Assembly: GCA_046757025.1 (NCBI GenBank)
Contig: JBHHXN010000111.1
Coordinates: 1-17,683, forward strand
Reading direction: 5' to 3'
From: a bacterium
GTDB lineage: Bacteria > Zhuqueibacterota > Zhuqueibacteria > Oceanimicrobiales > Oceanimicrobiaceae
DNA length: 17,683 bases
The position numbers and the translations under genes are program-made. Every line of letters starts with the position of its first letter. Within the stretch, counting starts at the first letter, position 1. Positions 8,017 to 16,100 of this stretch are shown one piece after another. The notes beneath the pieces were generated by a model. That model had not been told where the DNA came from and ran no database searches. It saw only the letters and a list, made by a program, of their open reading frames with translations.

Positions 8017-9762
8017 CTATTTTTCTTCCACCAGATAAATTGTGACGCCCCAGTGTGCCGGATCGTAGGGCGGAGCCACATTCCAGTCGTTGAAAGAATG
8101 GGAATCATCGGTTTCGTAATAAACGATGTACTCACCTTTTTTGAGAAGGATGGTGTCGTCGAACAGGCGATTTTTGGAAGCGCCGCCGGCGTGGTCGGTT
8201 TGGTTGTAGGTCATCTCCCAAACCACTCGCCGGGAATCGGCGTCTTCGATCCAGGCATAGTCGTACATTTTTCCGCCTTTGCCCTCGCCGATGGCATAAA
8301 TACGGATTTCACTATCTTTTCGCAAAGTAAATCTTTTGCGTTCTCGTTCATAATCGCTGACCCGAACGATCTGTGCAAGGACGGATTTGTCTTCGCTGGC
8401 CTCATACTTAGCCACATCTTTTTTGTTGAAATGTTTTTCCGCGCAGGAAATGGTGATGCCCCACTTTTCCTGGTCGATGGGCGGCGCCGTGTTCCAATTC
8501 CAATAAGAGTGCGAGCCATCGGTGACGTAATTGACAATATAATTGCCTTTATCAAACTCCATCACTTCATCAAACAAGCGATTTTTTTCGCCCCCACCTG
8601 CATGCTCAGAATTATAAAAATCCATCTCCCAGATTTTCTTGTGGGTTTTTGCGTCCACAATCCAGCCGTAATCAAACATTTCATTTCTGCGGCCTTCGCC
8701 CAGCGCATAAATCCTGAGATGCATGGGTTTTTTGAGTGTGAAGCCGCCGTTGAGGAACTCATTATCCCGCACCCGCGTGAACTGCAAAATGATATTTTCT
8801 TCTGGCATGTCTTCGTAATCGAACAGCTCAACATACTTTTTCATGACGGGATCTTCCACTTTCAGGGTCATGCCCCAAAACATGGGATCGTAGGGCGGTG
8901 CGGCATTCCAGCGTCTGTAGGAATGAGAATCATCTGTGATAAACGTCGCAACATAGCGGCCCGCCGGCAGCGACACGACTTCATCAACCATGCGGTTTTT
9001 GCGCGCACCGCCAGCCGATTCGGTGTTGCGATAGGTCATCTTCCAGACTTTCTCGCGGGTTTGAGTGTTGATGATCCACCCATAATCATAGGTGCCGTCT
9101 TTTCGTATTTCTCCAAGCGCGTAAACTCGCAAATCCAGCGGTCTTTTCAGTTCAAAGCCGTATTCCAAATGTGCCTCATCTCTCAAAGCAGTCATGGAAA
9201 CAACGGTGTTTTTATTGAAGCTCTTGTGCAGTTCCGCGACTTCTTCTTCGTCGTACGACCTGCCATCTCCTCGAACCACGATTTTAAACTTACGCCATTC
9301 TTCTTTAAACGCGCCATATTCATCCACATAATCATCGCTGTCGAAAATTTCGTGCAAAATTCGACCGATGAAGTCTCCGAATCCATCCACTTGCCAGCTG
9401 GATGAGAAAGGATAAGAAGAGTAGTAAACTTCGTATTCACCTTCCGCCAGCTCTATAACATCTCGGTACTCCTGAGTTCTTCTATCTCGCTCTATGATTT
9501 CAGCGTCCTCCATTTCCCAGATTACCTGACGGGTCTGCGTGTCGAGTATCCAGGCGCGGGTGTAAACTAAACCGCCTCTTTTCCGCCCACGAAATCCTAC
9601 TGCTTCGATCTCGACCTCTTGCTCGTAGTTGAGTTTAAACCCCTGAAAATTGATCTCTTCCGGCGAAATGTTCTGGATGCTTACCAATATGTCGGTCTGC
9701 GCATTACCAAACGGTACCGCCGCGATGAGACTGAACACCATAATCATTGTGAATTTATTCAT
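8017..9762 (-). CDS. Uncharacterised exported protein with four tandem ~137-aa beta-rich repeats (581 aa)
   Basis: ATG 9762 with GGAG 9 nt upstream. Signal peptide MNKFTMIMVFSLIAAVPFGNA|Q. Repeats 2-4 share RxYAxGE...DYxWI...WxM...AGGxxKNR...TDxSHS...WNxAPPxD...WGxT; repeat 1 is divergent. Confidence 0.9.
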   Translation of the reverse strand: MNKFTMIMVFSLIAAVPFGNAQTDILVSIQNISPEEINFQGFKLNYEQEVEIEAVGFRGRKRGGLVYTRAWILDTQTRQVIWEMEDAEIIERDRRTQEYRDVIELAEGEYEVYYSSYPFSSSWQVDGFGDFIGRILHEIFDSDDYVDEYGAFKEEWRKFKIVVRGDGRSYDEEEVAELHKSFNKNTVVSMTALRDEAHLEYGFELKRPLDLRVYALGEIRKDGTYDYGWIINTQTREKVWKMTYRNTESAGGARKNRMVDEVVSLPAGRYVATFITDDSHSYRRWNAAPPYDPMFWGMTLKVEDPVMKKYVELFDYEDMPEENIILQFTRVRDNEFLNGGFTLKKPMHLRIYALGEGRRNEMFDYGWIVDAKTHKKIWEMDFYNSEHAGGGEKNRLFDEVMEFDKGNYIVNYVTDGSHSYWNWNTAPPIDQEKWGITISCAEKHFNKKDVAKYEASEDKSVLAQIVRVSDYERERKRFTLRKDSEIRIYAIGEGKGGKMYDYAWIEDADSRRVVWEMTYNQTDHAGGASKNRLFDDTILLKKGEYIVYYETDDSHSFNDWNVAPPYDPAHWGVTIYLVEEK

Positions 9763-10017
9763 AACGGGATTCTCCAAACGGTCCGATTTGATTTTGGAAA
9801 TTGAGACGAATAGAATTGCTGTAATTCCAAGTCCATTTTTATACGCTTTGTGCATAAATTTGTTACCATTTTTTTTCTGATAAAACCGCAGCCAAACGGT
9901 CTGAAATCAGTTCATTTTATTAGTCAAGCCAACTTTTGTAATTTGTAAAAAAGTATAATGAGCTTGCATTTTTTACAAATGAAGTAGGGTGTCAATGCAT
10001 TGGGAGCTCACCCTTTG

Positions 10018-10138
10018 GAGGCTGTGTGAAAAGTCAAGCACAGGGATTTTTATCATTCTCCGCTTTGCGGGACAGGCGGTAAGAATCTTTATGGTATGAC
10101 GTAAGGCGCTGTTTATTAAAAGATTCTTCCAGAATAAC
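10018..10138. repeat. Left end of a MITE-like element plus a REP-like palindrome interrupted by the family-1 MITE
   Basis: GAGGCTGTGTGAAAAGTC at 10018-10035. TCATTCT (10053-10059) pairs with AGAATGA (10324-10330), on the far side of the insert. AAGAATCTTT (10081-10090) and AAAGATTCTT (10119-10128) are a perfect inverted pair. Confidence 0.55.
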
Positions 10139-10323
10139 GTAACTATTCCTTCTGGGTTGTCATTCTGAGCACAAACTCTTGATTCTTTGCTCATCTTCAC
10201 TGGTGCAGATGTGCGAAGAATCTCTTAACCGGTTCGTAAGTTGCTTCGCGCAGGTACCTCCGGGTGACATGCTCAGCATTTTGGAGTATGCGCTCAGTAC
10301 GGCGGTTTAGGCTGAATAGTTAC
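10139..10323. mobile_element. MITE-like element, family 1, copy 2
   Basis: Ends GTAACTATTC and GAATAGTTAC are a perfect 10-bp inverted repeat. Flanks AGAATAAC (10131-10138) and AGAATGAC (10324-10331) form a 7/8 direct repeat. About 78% identical to 88-271 by hand alignment. Confidence 0.85.
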
Positions 10324-10524
10324 AGAATGACGATTAAGATGTTTTTGGTTTATAGTTAGCATTTCGGCTTCTCTCACCCTCTGATCAGCGTGATATCGCT
10401 CCTTACCCTGTCAAGCCGAGACCCGGACACTCACGCCCGCGCTGCGACGAGTCGTACAATACAGGATAAAAAAATCACCATTTGGTTTTATCGAAATACT
10501 GCGCGCAGATAAGAAGTTTCTTTT

Positions 10525-10887
10525 TTAATTCTGTTTTTCTTCTTTGGACTTTGCGATCATGCGTTTGGCCAGAAAATAATAAGCGATCAGCGCCACGCCC
10601 GCCATGATGAACATCCCACTGATCGTCGCTTCTTCATGAAAAGAATAGGGCACAAACTGGCCGATCAAAATCGCAGCGCCCACGGCGATTAAAACCATGC
10701 CCCATTTCAATGAGGCGGGCGCCTGAGATTCCAGCCGATTGCTGTACAAATATTTGACGTTCTCATCAATCAAACCCTTGTCGATCAATTTTCGTCTAAC
10801 GGCGTTATCCGATAAAATTTTGATTATCGCCACAAAAGAAAAAAAGATGGCGGGCACGATGATGATAGGTACCATTTCTCCTGACAT
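10525..10887 (-). CDS. DUF6249-like small membrane protein (about 3 TM helices)
   Basis: Hydrophobic N-terminal helix, RRKLIDKG, SLKWGMVLIAVG and a C-terminal helix AGVALIAYYF. Shine-Dalgarno AAGGAG. Divergent from an ECF sigma gene. The family call is from recognition, not a search. Confidence 0.85.
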   Translation of the reverse strand: MSGEMVPIIIVPAIFFSFVAIIKILSDNAVRRKLIDKGLIDENVKYLYSNRLESQAPASLKWGMVLIAVGAAILIGQFVPYSFHEEATISGMFIMAGVALIAYYFLAKRMIAKSKEEKQN

Positions 10888-10951
10888 AATGAACTCCTTT
10901 ATTATTTTGAATTCAATTGATTTTTTTCTATTTTACAAATTCTGCTACATC

Positions 10952-10978
10952 AGACAAAACAGGCAATGAAATGTTGCA
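10952..10978 (-). promoter_or_regulatory. ECF-type promoter for the DUF6249-like gene
   Basis: Minus strand TGCAAC (10978-10973), 16-nt spacer, TGTCT (10956-10952). Confidence 0.75.
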
Positions 10979-10998
10979 CAAAAATGGAAAAATATTTT

Positions 10999-11025
10999 TG
11001 CAACAAAATAGTCAATGATTTGTCT
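10999..11025 (+). promoter_or_regulatory. ECF-type autoregulatory promoter for the sigma/anti-sigma operon
   Basis: TGCAAC (10999-11004), 16-nt spacer, TGTCT (11021-11025), 20 nt before the sigma ATG. The boxes and spacing are identical to the divergent promoter. Confidence 0.75.
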
Positions 11026-11045
11026 TACTGTAATAAGGAAACGCA

Positions 11046-11618
11046 ATGACTGACGACAAGATTATCATTGACAAAATATTGGCCGGCGACACCCGCGTCT
11101 TCCAGTCCCTGATCGAATCCCACCAGAGACTGGTAAGCCACATCGTGGTCAGGATGATAACCAACCGAGCCGACGTGGAAGACGTGTGTCAGGAGATTTT
11201 TATGAAGGTTTATCAGTACCTGGGAAATTTTAATTTTGAATCAAAGCTTTCTACCTGGATTGCGAAAATCGCTTACAACACCGTCATCAATTATTTAAAG
11301 AAAAAGAAACTGCCGCTGTACGACGACCGCGTTCTGGATGACAAAACGCTTGAAAATTACCCCAGCCGCAATCATACGCCCGAGGCGCACACAACGAACC
11401 GGGATATGGCTTCGCGATTGCAAGAAGAAATCGCTAAATTGCCGGCGCAGTTTAGAGCGATTCTCACCTTTTACCATCTTAATGAAATGAGCTACCGGGA
11501 AATCGTCGAAGTGATGGGTTTGCCGGAAGGCACGGTGAAGAGCTATCTTTTTCGAGCCAGAAAGGTATTAAAAGAAAATTTGATCGCCAAATATCAGCAG
11601 GAGGAATTATGGCATTGA
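11046..11618 (+). CDS. ECF-family RNA polymerase sigma factor (SigW/RpoE-like)
   Basis: Region 2 (DVEDVCQEIFMKVY...SKLSTWIAKIAYNTVINYL) and region 4 (MSYREIVEVMGLPEGTVKSYLFRAR). 190 aa with no region 3. Confidence 0.96.
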   Translation: MTDDKIIIDKILAGDTRVFQSLIESHQRLVSHIVVRMITNRADVEDVCQEIFMKVYQYLGNFNFESKLSTWIAKIAYNTVINYLKKKKLPLYDDRVLDDKTLENYPSRNHTPEAHTTNRDMASRLQEEIAKLPAQFRAILTFYHLNEMSYREIVEVMGLPEGTVKSYLFRARKVLKENLIAKYQQEELWH

Positions 11619-12130
11619 GACATTTGACTGACGATGAAATTCAAGAATTCCTGGCGGGAAACAAGCCAAAAAAGCAGGAATGGCTGAGTTTGCACCTGAA
11701 GAACTGTGATGTCTGTCAGCGCCATTTGCTGCGATATCAAAATCTGGTCACAGCGCTGGAGAAGGAAGTGGAGTTCAACTTACCCGCTGATTTTTCCATT
11801 TCTGTGATCAAAAAGATTGCCACGGAATCCGTGGAATCTTCGCAAAACCGCCTGTTAAATTTCATCCTGGTTGCTGCGGCTTTACTGATTGGAATGGGAA
11901 CCGCCCTTTTCTTCACCGACTTAAAACCTATTCTTGACACTTTCAAACAACTGACCGAAATGCAGAAATATTTCAATTTTAACTGGCTACCGATTTTGAT
12001 TAAATATGTCGACGGTCTCAACCTGAATATCGGGTTACTGGGATTTGCGCTGCTGATCTTGTCCGTTGTCAGCGCCATAGATCATTTCATTTTGCAATCG
12101 AAACACAAACTCACTTCTTTTCTCAGATAG
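11609..12130 (+). CDS. Putative membrane-bound zinc-binding (ZAS) anti-sigma factor
   Basis: HLT...HLKNCDVC (HxxxCxxC) followed by two hydrophobic helices. Overlaps the sigma stop; Shine-Dalgarno GGAGG. Confidence 0.85.
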   Translation: MALRHLTDDEIQEFLAGNKPKKQEWLSLHLKNCDVCQRHLLRYQNLVTALEKEVEFNLPADFSISVIKKIATESVESSQNRLLNFILVAAALLIGMGTALFFTDLKPILDTFKQLTEMQKYFNFNWLPILIKYVDGLNLNIGLLGFALLILSVVSAIDHFILQSKHKLTSFLR

Positions 12131-12189
12131 TTTAAGCGAGAGAAGAAGCCGACCCCCAGCACATCCACCAGGTTACGTTTATAAACTTA

Positions 12190-12349
12190 GTATTCCATTT
12201 CAAAATTGATTGTCGGGTACCTATCTTCATGCTGAGTCAAATTCAAATTCGGAAAACCATGATCTTCACCCTGAGCGAAGCAGATGGGTGAAGATCGGTA
12301 GCTGCTATTATCTCTTGTGATCCCTACAACCATTTCTGAAATGGAGCAC
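12190..12349. mobile_element. MITE-like element, family 3, with internal hairpin
   Basis: Ends GTATTCCATTTCAAAATTG and CATTTCTGAAATGGAGCAC are inverted at 15/19 and flanked by TTA on both sides (12187-12189, 12350-12352). Perfect internal 11-bp stem GATCTTCACCC/GGGTGAAGATC (12261-12296). Confidence 0.65.
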
Positions 12350-12372
12350 TTAGCCAGCCTGAACTCGGGCAG

Positions 12373-12401
12373 CCCCCTTGTTTCGAAAGAATAAGGGGGG
12401 G
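12373..12401. repeat. CCCCCTT...AAGGGGG hairpin (REP-like or terminator-like)
   Basis: CCCCCTTGTTTCGAAAGAATAAGGGGGGG. No U-tract follows. Confidence 0.35.
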
Positions 12402-12542
12402 GAGTTCACAAAGAATGGTTTACGTCTGAAGTGGAATTCAAACCAAATAGCCGCCATAACAGAATGGAGATGTAATTTCCTCATTTATGTCAAGCTTCTT
12501 GAAACCACATTATGATCCGATGAATTACTGTGTCTCTAAATA

Positions 12543-12698
12543 GTGCCTGACCGAAAACTCACGAAATGCGCGATTTAACAACCACTTCGCGAAGGCGTTC
12601 CTTTCGACAAAGCTCAGGACCGGCCCCGCCGAGCCATACCGGAATTCACCCTCTGTCAGGAGGCCTTCGGGAAGGTAGGATCGTTTTCGGTTGAGCTC
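12543..12698. mobile_element. MITE-like element, family 4, with nested palindromes
   Basis: Ends GTGCCTGACCGAAAAC and GTTTTCGGTTGAGCTC are inverted at 12/16, with TA on both flanks. Internal arms are CTTCGCGAAGGCGT..CCCGCC and GTCAGGAGGCCTTCGGGAAG. Confidence 0.6.
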
Positions 12699-12704
12699 TA
12701 ATTA

Positions 12705-12825
12705 GTGTCCATCCGTAGTCGTCATTCCCGAATGCCGTTGTCGGGAATCTCATGCCTAACGGACCAATGGATTCCCACTTAAAGATTGCGGAAATGACAA
12801 AAAAAGGCTCTTTACGGATGGACAC
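12705..12825. mobile_element. MITE-like element, family 2, with perfect ends and internal REP-like palindrome
   Basis: GTGTCCATCCGTA/TACGGATGGACAC is a perfect inverted repeat that extends to 19 bp with the flanking TAATTA (12699-12717 and 12813-12831). The interior reads GTCATTCCCG..CGGGAATC...GATTCCC..CGGAAATGAC. A second copy lies at about 7665-7840. Confidence 0.85.
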
Positions 12826-12945
12826 TAATTAACCTATCAGCTAAAATTCCATGTGCAAGTGTGCAGCCCCTGGCAGGAGACCCTGTTTCCAGGGTCATGT
12901 TGAGCTTGAAGAAACGCTGGGCGCGGAAGGAATCCTTTTCTTTTC

Positions 12946-12979
12946 TTGCGCTGAAGTAACAAAATTAGTATATTGTTAC
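12946..12979 (+). promoter_or_regulatory. Sigma70-type promoter overlapped by a palindromic operator-like site
   Basis: TTGCGC (12946-12951), 17-nt spacer, TATATT (12969-12974). The inverted repeat GTAACAA-N10-TTGTTAC (12956-12979) covers the spacer and the -10 box. Confidence 0.55.
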
Positions 12980-13108
12980 AAGACAAAAAGATTTCCTGTA
13001 CTTTTTTTACAGAGAACCATCCATGCCTACTCATAACTGAGCTATTACTGTTGGTCTTCTTAAGTTAGCTCTGGTATTCAATAAATCCACATTAGAAGGG
13101 AGGAGAGA

Positions 13109-16100
13109 ATGGCTATCACCATCGGTATAGACATAGGCGCCATCAGTACAAAAATCGGGATAGTGGGTCATCCCGATCACAGCGATTTTTTTGAATCCCT
13201 GAAAGGAAAAAATCTGTTCGTGCCAATAACACACCGTGCGATACGGCCCTTTTTGATTACTCGTTATACGCGCAGCCGAGGTAAACCAGCGGAGACGACC
13301 CTGCAACTGCTACAGCAGATGAATGCCCTTTTAACAAATCCGGATATTCGCGGAATCAGAATCTGCGGCTCAGGGGATGCCCTGTTGAGCAAATATTTAA
13401 ACACCAATATAGCGAATGAATTTACGGCAATTGCCAAAGGGATCGAGTTCTTATATCCTGAAGTACGTACTGTTTTCGAAATTGGTGGAGCCAATTCCCG
13501 CTATCTAAGGCTGGAACTGGATGCAAACACCGGAATAGTCGGACTAATAGATTATGGCAAGAGTGGGGATTGTGCTGCGGGGACCGGCGCTTTCCTCGAC
13601 CAACAGGCTTCACGCATGAAATATCATATTGAAGACATTGGGGAGCTTGTAGCAGGATGTTCCACGGCGGCCAAAATCGCCGGACGCTGTTCGGTTTTTG
13701 CAAAATCAGACATGATTCATGCTCAGCAGAAGGGGTATAAACCCGAAGAGATATTAAAAGGATTATGTGAGGCGGTAGCCCGAAATTTCAAAAGCAACAT
13801 CGTGTGCGGAAAAGCGGTGCAGCCACCGGTCGCTTTCCTGGGCGGTGTGGCTGCCAATAAGGGTGTTGAAATCGCACTCCGTTCACTTTATCATCTCAAA
13901 GATGAGGAGTTGTTTGTACCGCCTTTATTTCACTGGGTTGCGGCTTTGGGCGCCGCAATGATTGAATATGAGGTCTCGCGGGAAAATGATGAACAGAAAT
14001 TGTCATTCTTCCTCAAAGATCGCGCACCCGTTAAGACCGACGCAAAACAATTTCCCGTCAGTCAATTTTTGAGCCTGGACAAGGTGGTGCTTTTACGCGA
14101 TCGGGTAATGAATACCCCGAATCGAAAATCAGAAGCCAAGATGGAAGCCTATTTGGGCATCGATATCGGTTCGGTAAGCACAAATCTGGCTGTTATTGAT
14201 ACGGATGGTAATATACTTAAAGAGATATACACAAAAACTGAGAGTCGCCCTATTGAGGTCGTAAATCTCGGACTTCAGGAAATACAGGCCGAAATTGGAG
14301 ACGACATCGAGATACGTGGCGTCGGTACCACGGGCTCCGGAAGAGAGCTCATCGGCAATCTCATCGGCGCTGACACAATCAATGATGAAATTACCGCCCA
14401 CAAAACCGGCGCGGATTTTGTGGGTAAAAAGATGCTGAACAAAACGGTGGATACGATTTTCGAAATTGGTGGCCAGGATTCCAAGTTTATCAGCCTGGAA
14501 AACGGCATTGTTGTTGACTTTGCCATGAATGAGGCCTGTGCTGCGGGAACGGGTTCTTTTTTGGAGGAGCGGGCGGAAGAATTGGAGATAAGCATTAAGG
14601 ATCAGTTTGCTCAGCTCTCTCTGCAATCTCGCGGCCCTATCCGCCTGGGAGAACGTTGCACCGTTTTTATGGAGAGGGATGTTACCGCATATCAGCAATC
14701 GGGAGCGTTGAAAGAGGACTTGGTCGCGGGCCTGGCTTATTCCGTGGTTTACAATTATCTGAACCGGGTGGTTCGCGGGCGAAAAATCGGAGAGGTTATT
14801 TTCTTTCAAGGTGGCACGGCATACAACAATGCCGTGGCTGCGGCTTTTTCCCGGGTTTTAGGAAAAGAAATTATCGTGCCGCCATATAATGGCGTAATCG
14901 GCGCCATCGGAGCAGCCTTACTGGCAAAGGACAAAATGCAAAGCAGTAACCAGAATACCTCTTTTCGAGGATACTCTCTGGAAAATGTTGATTATACACT
15001 CCGCGAATTTACCTGTAAAGCATGTTCAAATTACTGCAACATGCAAGCCTTCACTGTTGAGGAGGAGACAACCTACTGGGGCGATCAGTGCTCGGATAAG
15101 TTCAGGAAACGAGCCAAGAATGGGAAACAGGCGAATATAGAAGACCTGTTTCAGAGCCGGAGCGATATTCTTTTTGAAGGATACGACCCGAAGAGAAATG
15201 AAGAAGGTGTGACTATCGGTATCCCATTGTGTATGTACACTTATGATTGGTTTCCCTTTTGGAAAAGCTACCTCTATGAATTGGGGTTCAACATTGTTGT
15301 GTCAGACCCCACAAACAAAATGACCAAAAACAAGGGGCATGAAGCCACTGTGGCGGAACCGTGTTTTCCGATTACGGTTTCTCACGGCCACGTTCTCAGT
15401 CTTTTTCAGCAGGATGTCGATTTCGTGCTGGTTCCCAATATGATTAATCTAAAACCGGTTGCGGCCGAGGTTAAATCCTATTTCTGCCCCTGGGGGCAGA
15501 CTCTGCCTTTTACTATCAGTCATTCGCCACTGGTGGAAAAATATAATGATCGCATCCTGAAACCGACTCTGGAGTTTGGATACGGCGAAAAAGTCGTGCA
15601 AAATTCACTCTCCGAGATGGTTCGACAATTCGGAATTTTTCAGAACCGGTCAAATAGAGCTTTTCAAAAAGCATATAACCGGCAGATAGAATTCCAACAA
15701 AAGCTCTATACGCATGGAGAGAGCATTTTAAAAAAAATTCAATCGTTGGGGGAGAAAGCCATTGTGCTGGTGGGCCGGCCTTATAATATTTATGATAGTG
15801 GGGTAAATATCGACATTCCAAGGAAGATCCGGGATTACTATGGGGTCAATCTGATACCTTTGGATTTCCTGAACGTGGAACATATCGATATTCGCGCCAT
15901 AAATGACAATATGTTCTGGAGCTACGGCCGGAAAATAATTGCCACCGCACGTTTTGTTCGAGACTATCCAAATCTGGATCTCATTTATTTGACCAATTTC
16001 AAATGCGGTCCGGATTCATATATTAAGCACTATATTTCAGATGCGTTGGCAAGGCCATTTCTCGTTCTGCAGTTCGATGAGCACAGCAACGACGCCGGCT

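Noticed and set aside
8017..8250. Type IX secretion C-terminal sorting domain on the exported protein next to porX
   Set aside because: The C-terminus is simply the end of repeat 4, with no extra CTD-like domain.
7963..9405. 480-aa antisense ORF opposite the repeat protein
   Set aside because: It is in codon register with the real minus-strand gene, so it stays open simply because that gene avoids TTA/CTA/TCA codons here. The translation has no motifs and mirrors the repeats.
9915..9952. Possible third ECF promoter upstream of the repeat-protein gene (TACAAA...TGACT on minus)
   Set aside because: Both boxes and the spacing deviate from TGCAAC-N16-TGTCT, which is too weak in AT-rich DNA.
9973..10200. 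75-aa minus-strand ORF
   Set aside because: It runs across nested repeat elements, starts inside a MITE and has no recognisable features.
12187..12896. Palindrome-rich region as a CRISPR array or integron attC array
   Set aside because: There are no identical direct repeats at regular spacing, no cassette ORFs and no cas or integrase gene. The units are unrelated to each other.
13037..13068. GAGCTA...TAGCTC pairing in the leader of the activase gene
   Set aside because: A 6-bp stem with a long loop that resembles no riboswitch I recognise; it is compatible with chance.
12837..13306. Short ORFs 12837-13034, 12851-13036 and 13031-13306
   Set aside because: They overlap the promoter, the operator-like site or the start of the activase gene, and show no motifs.
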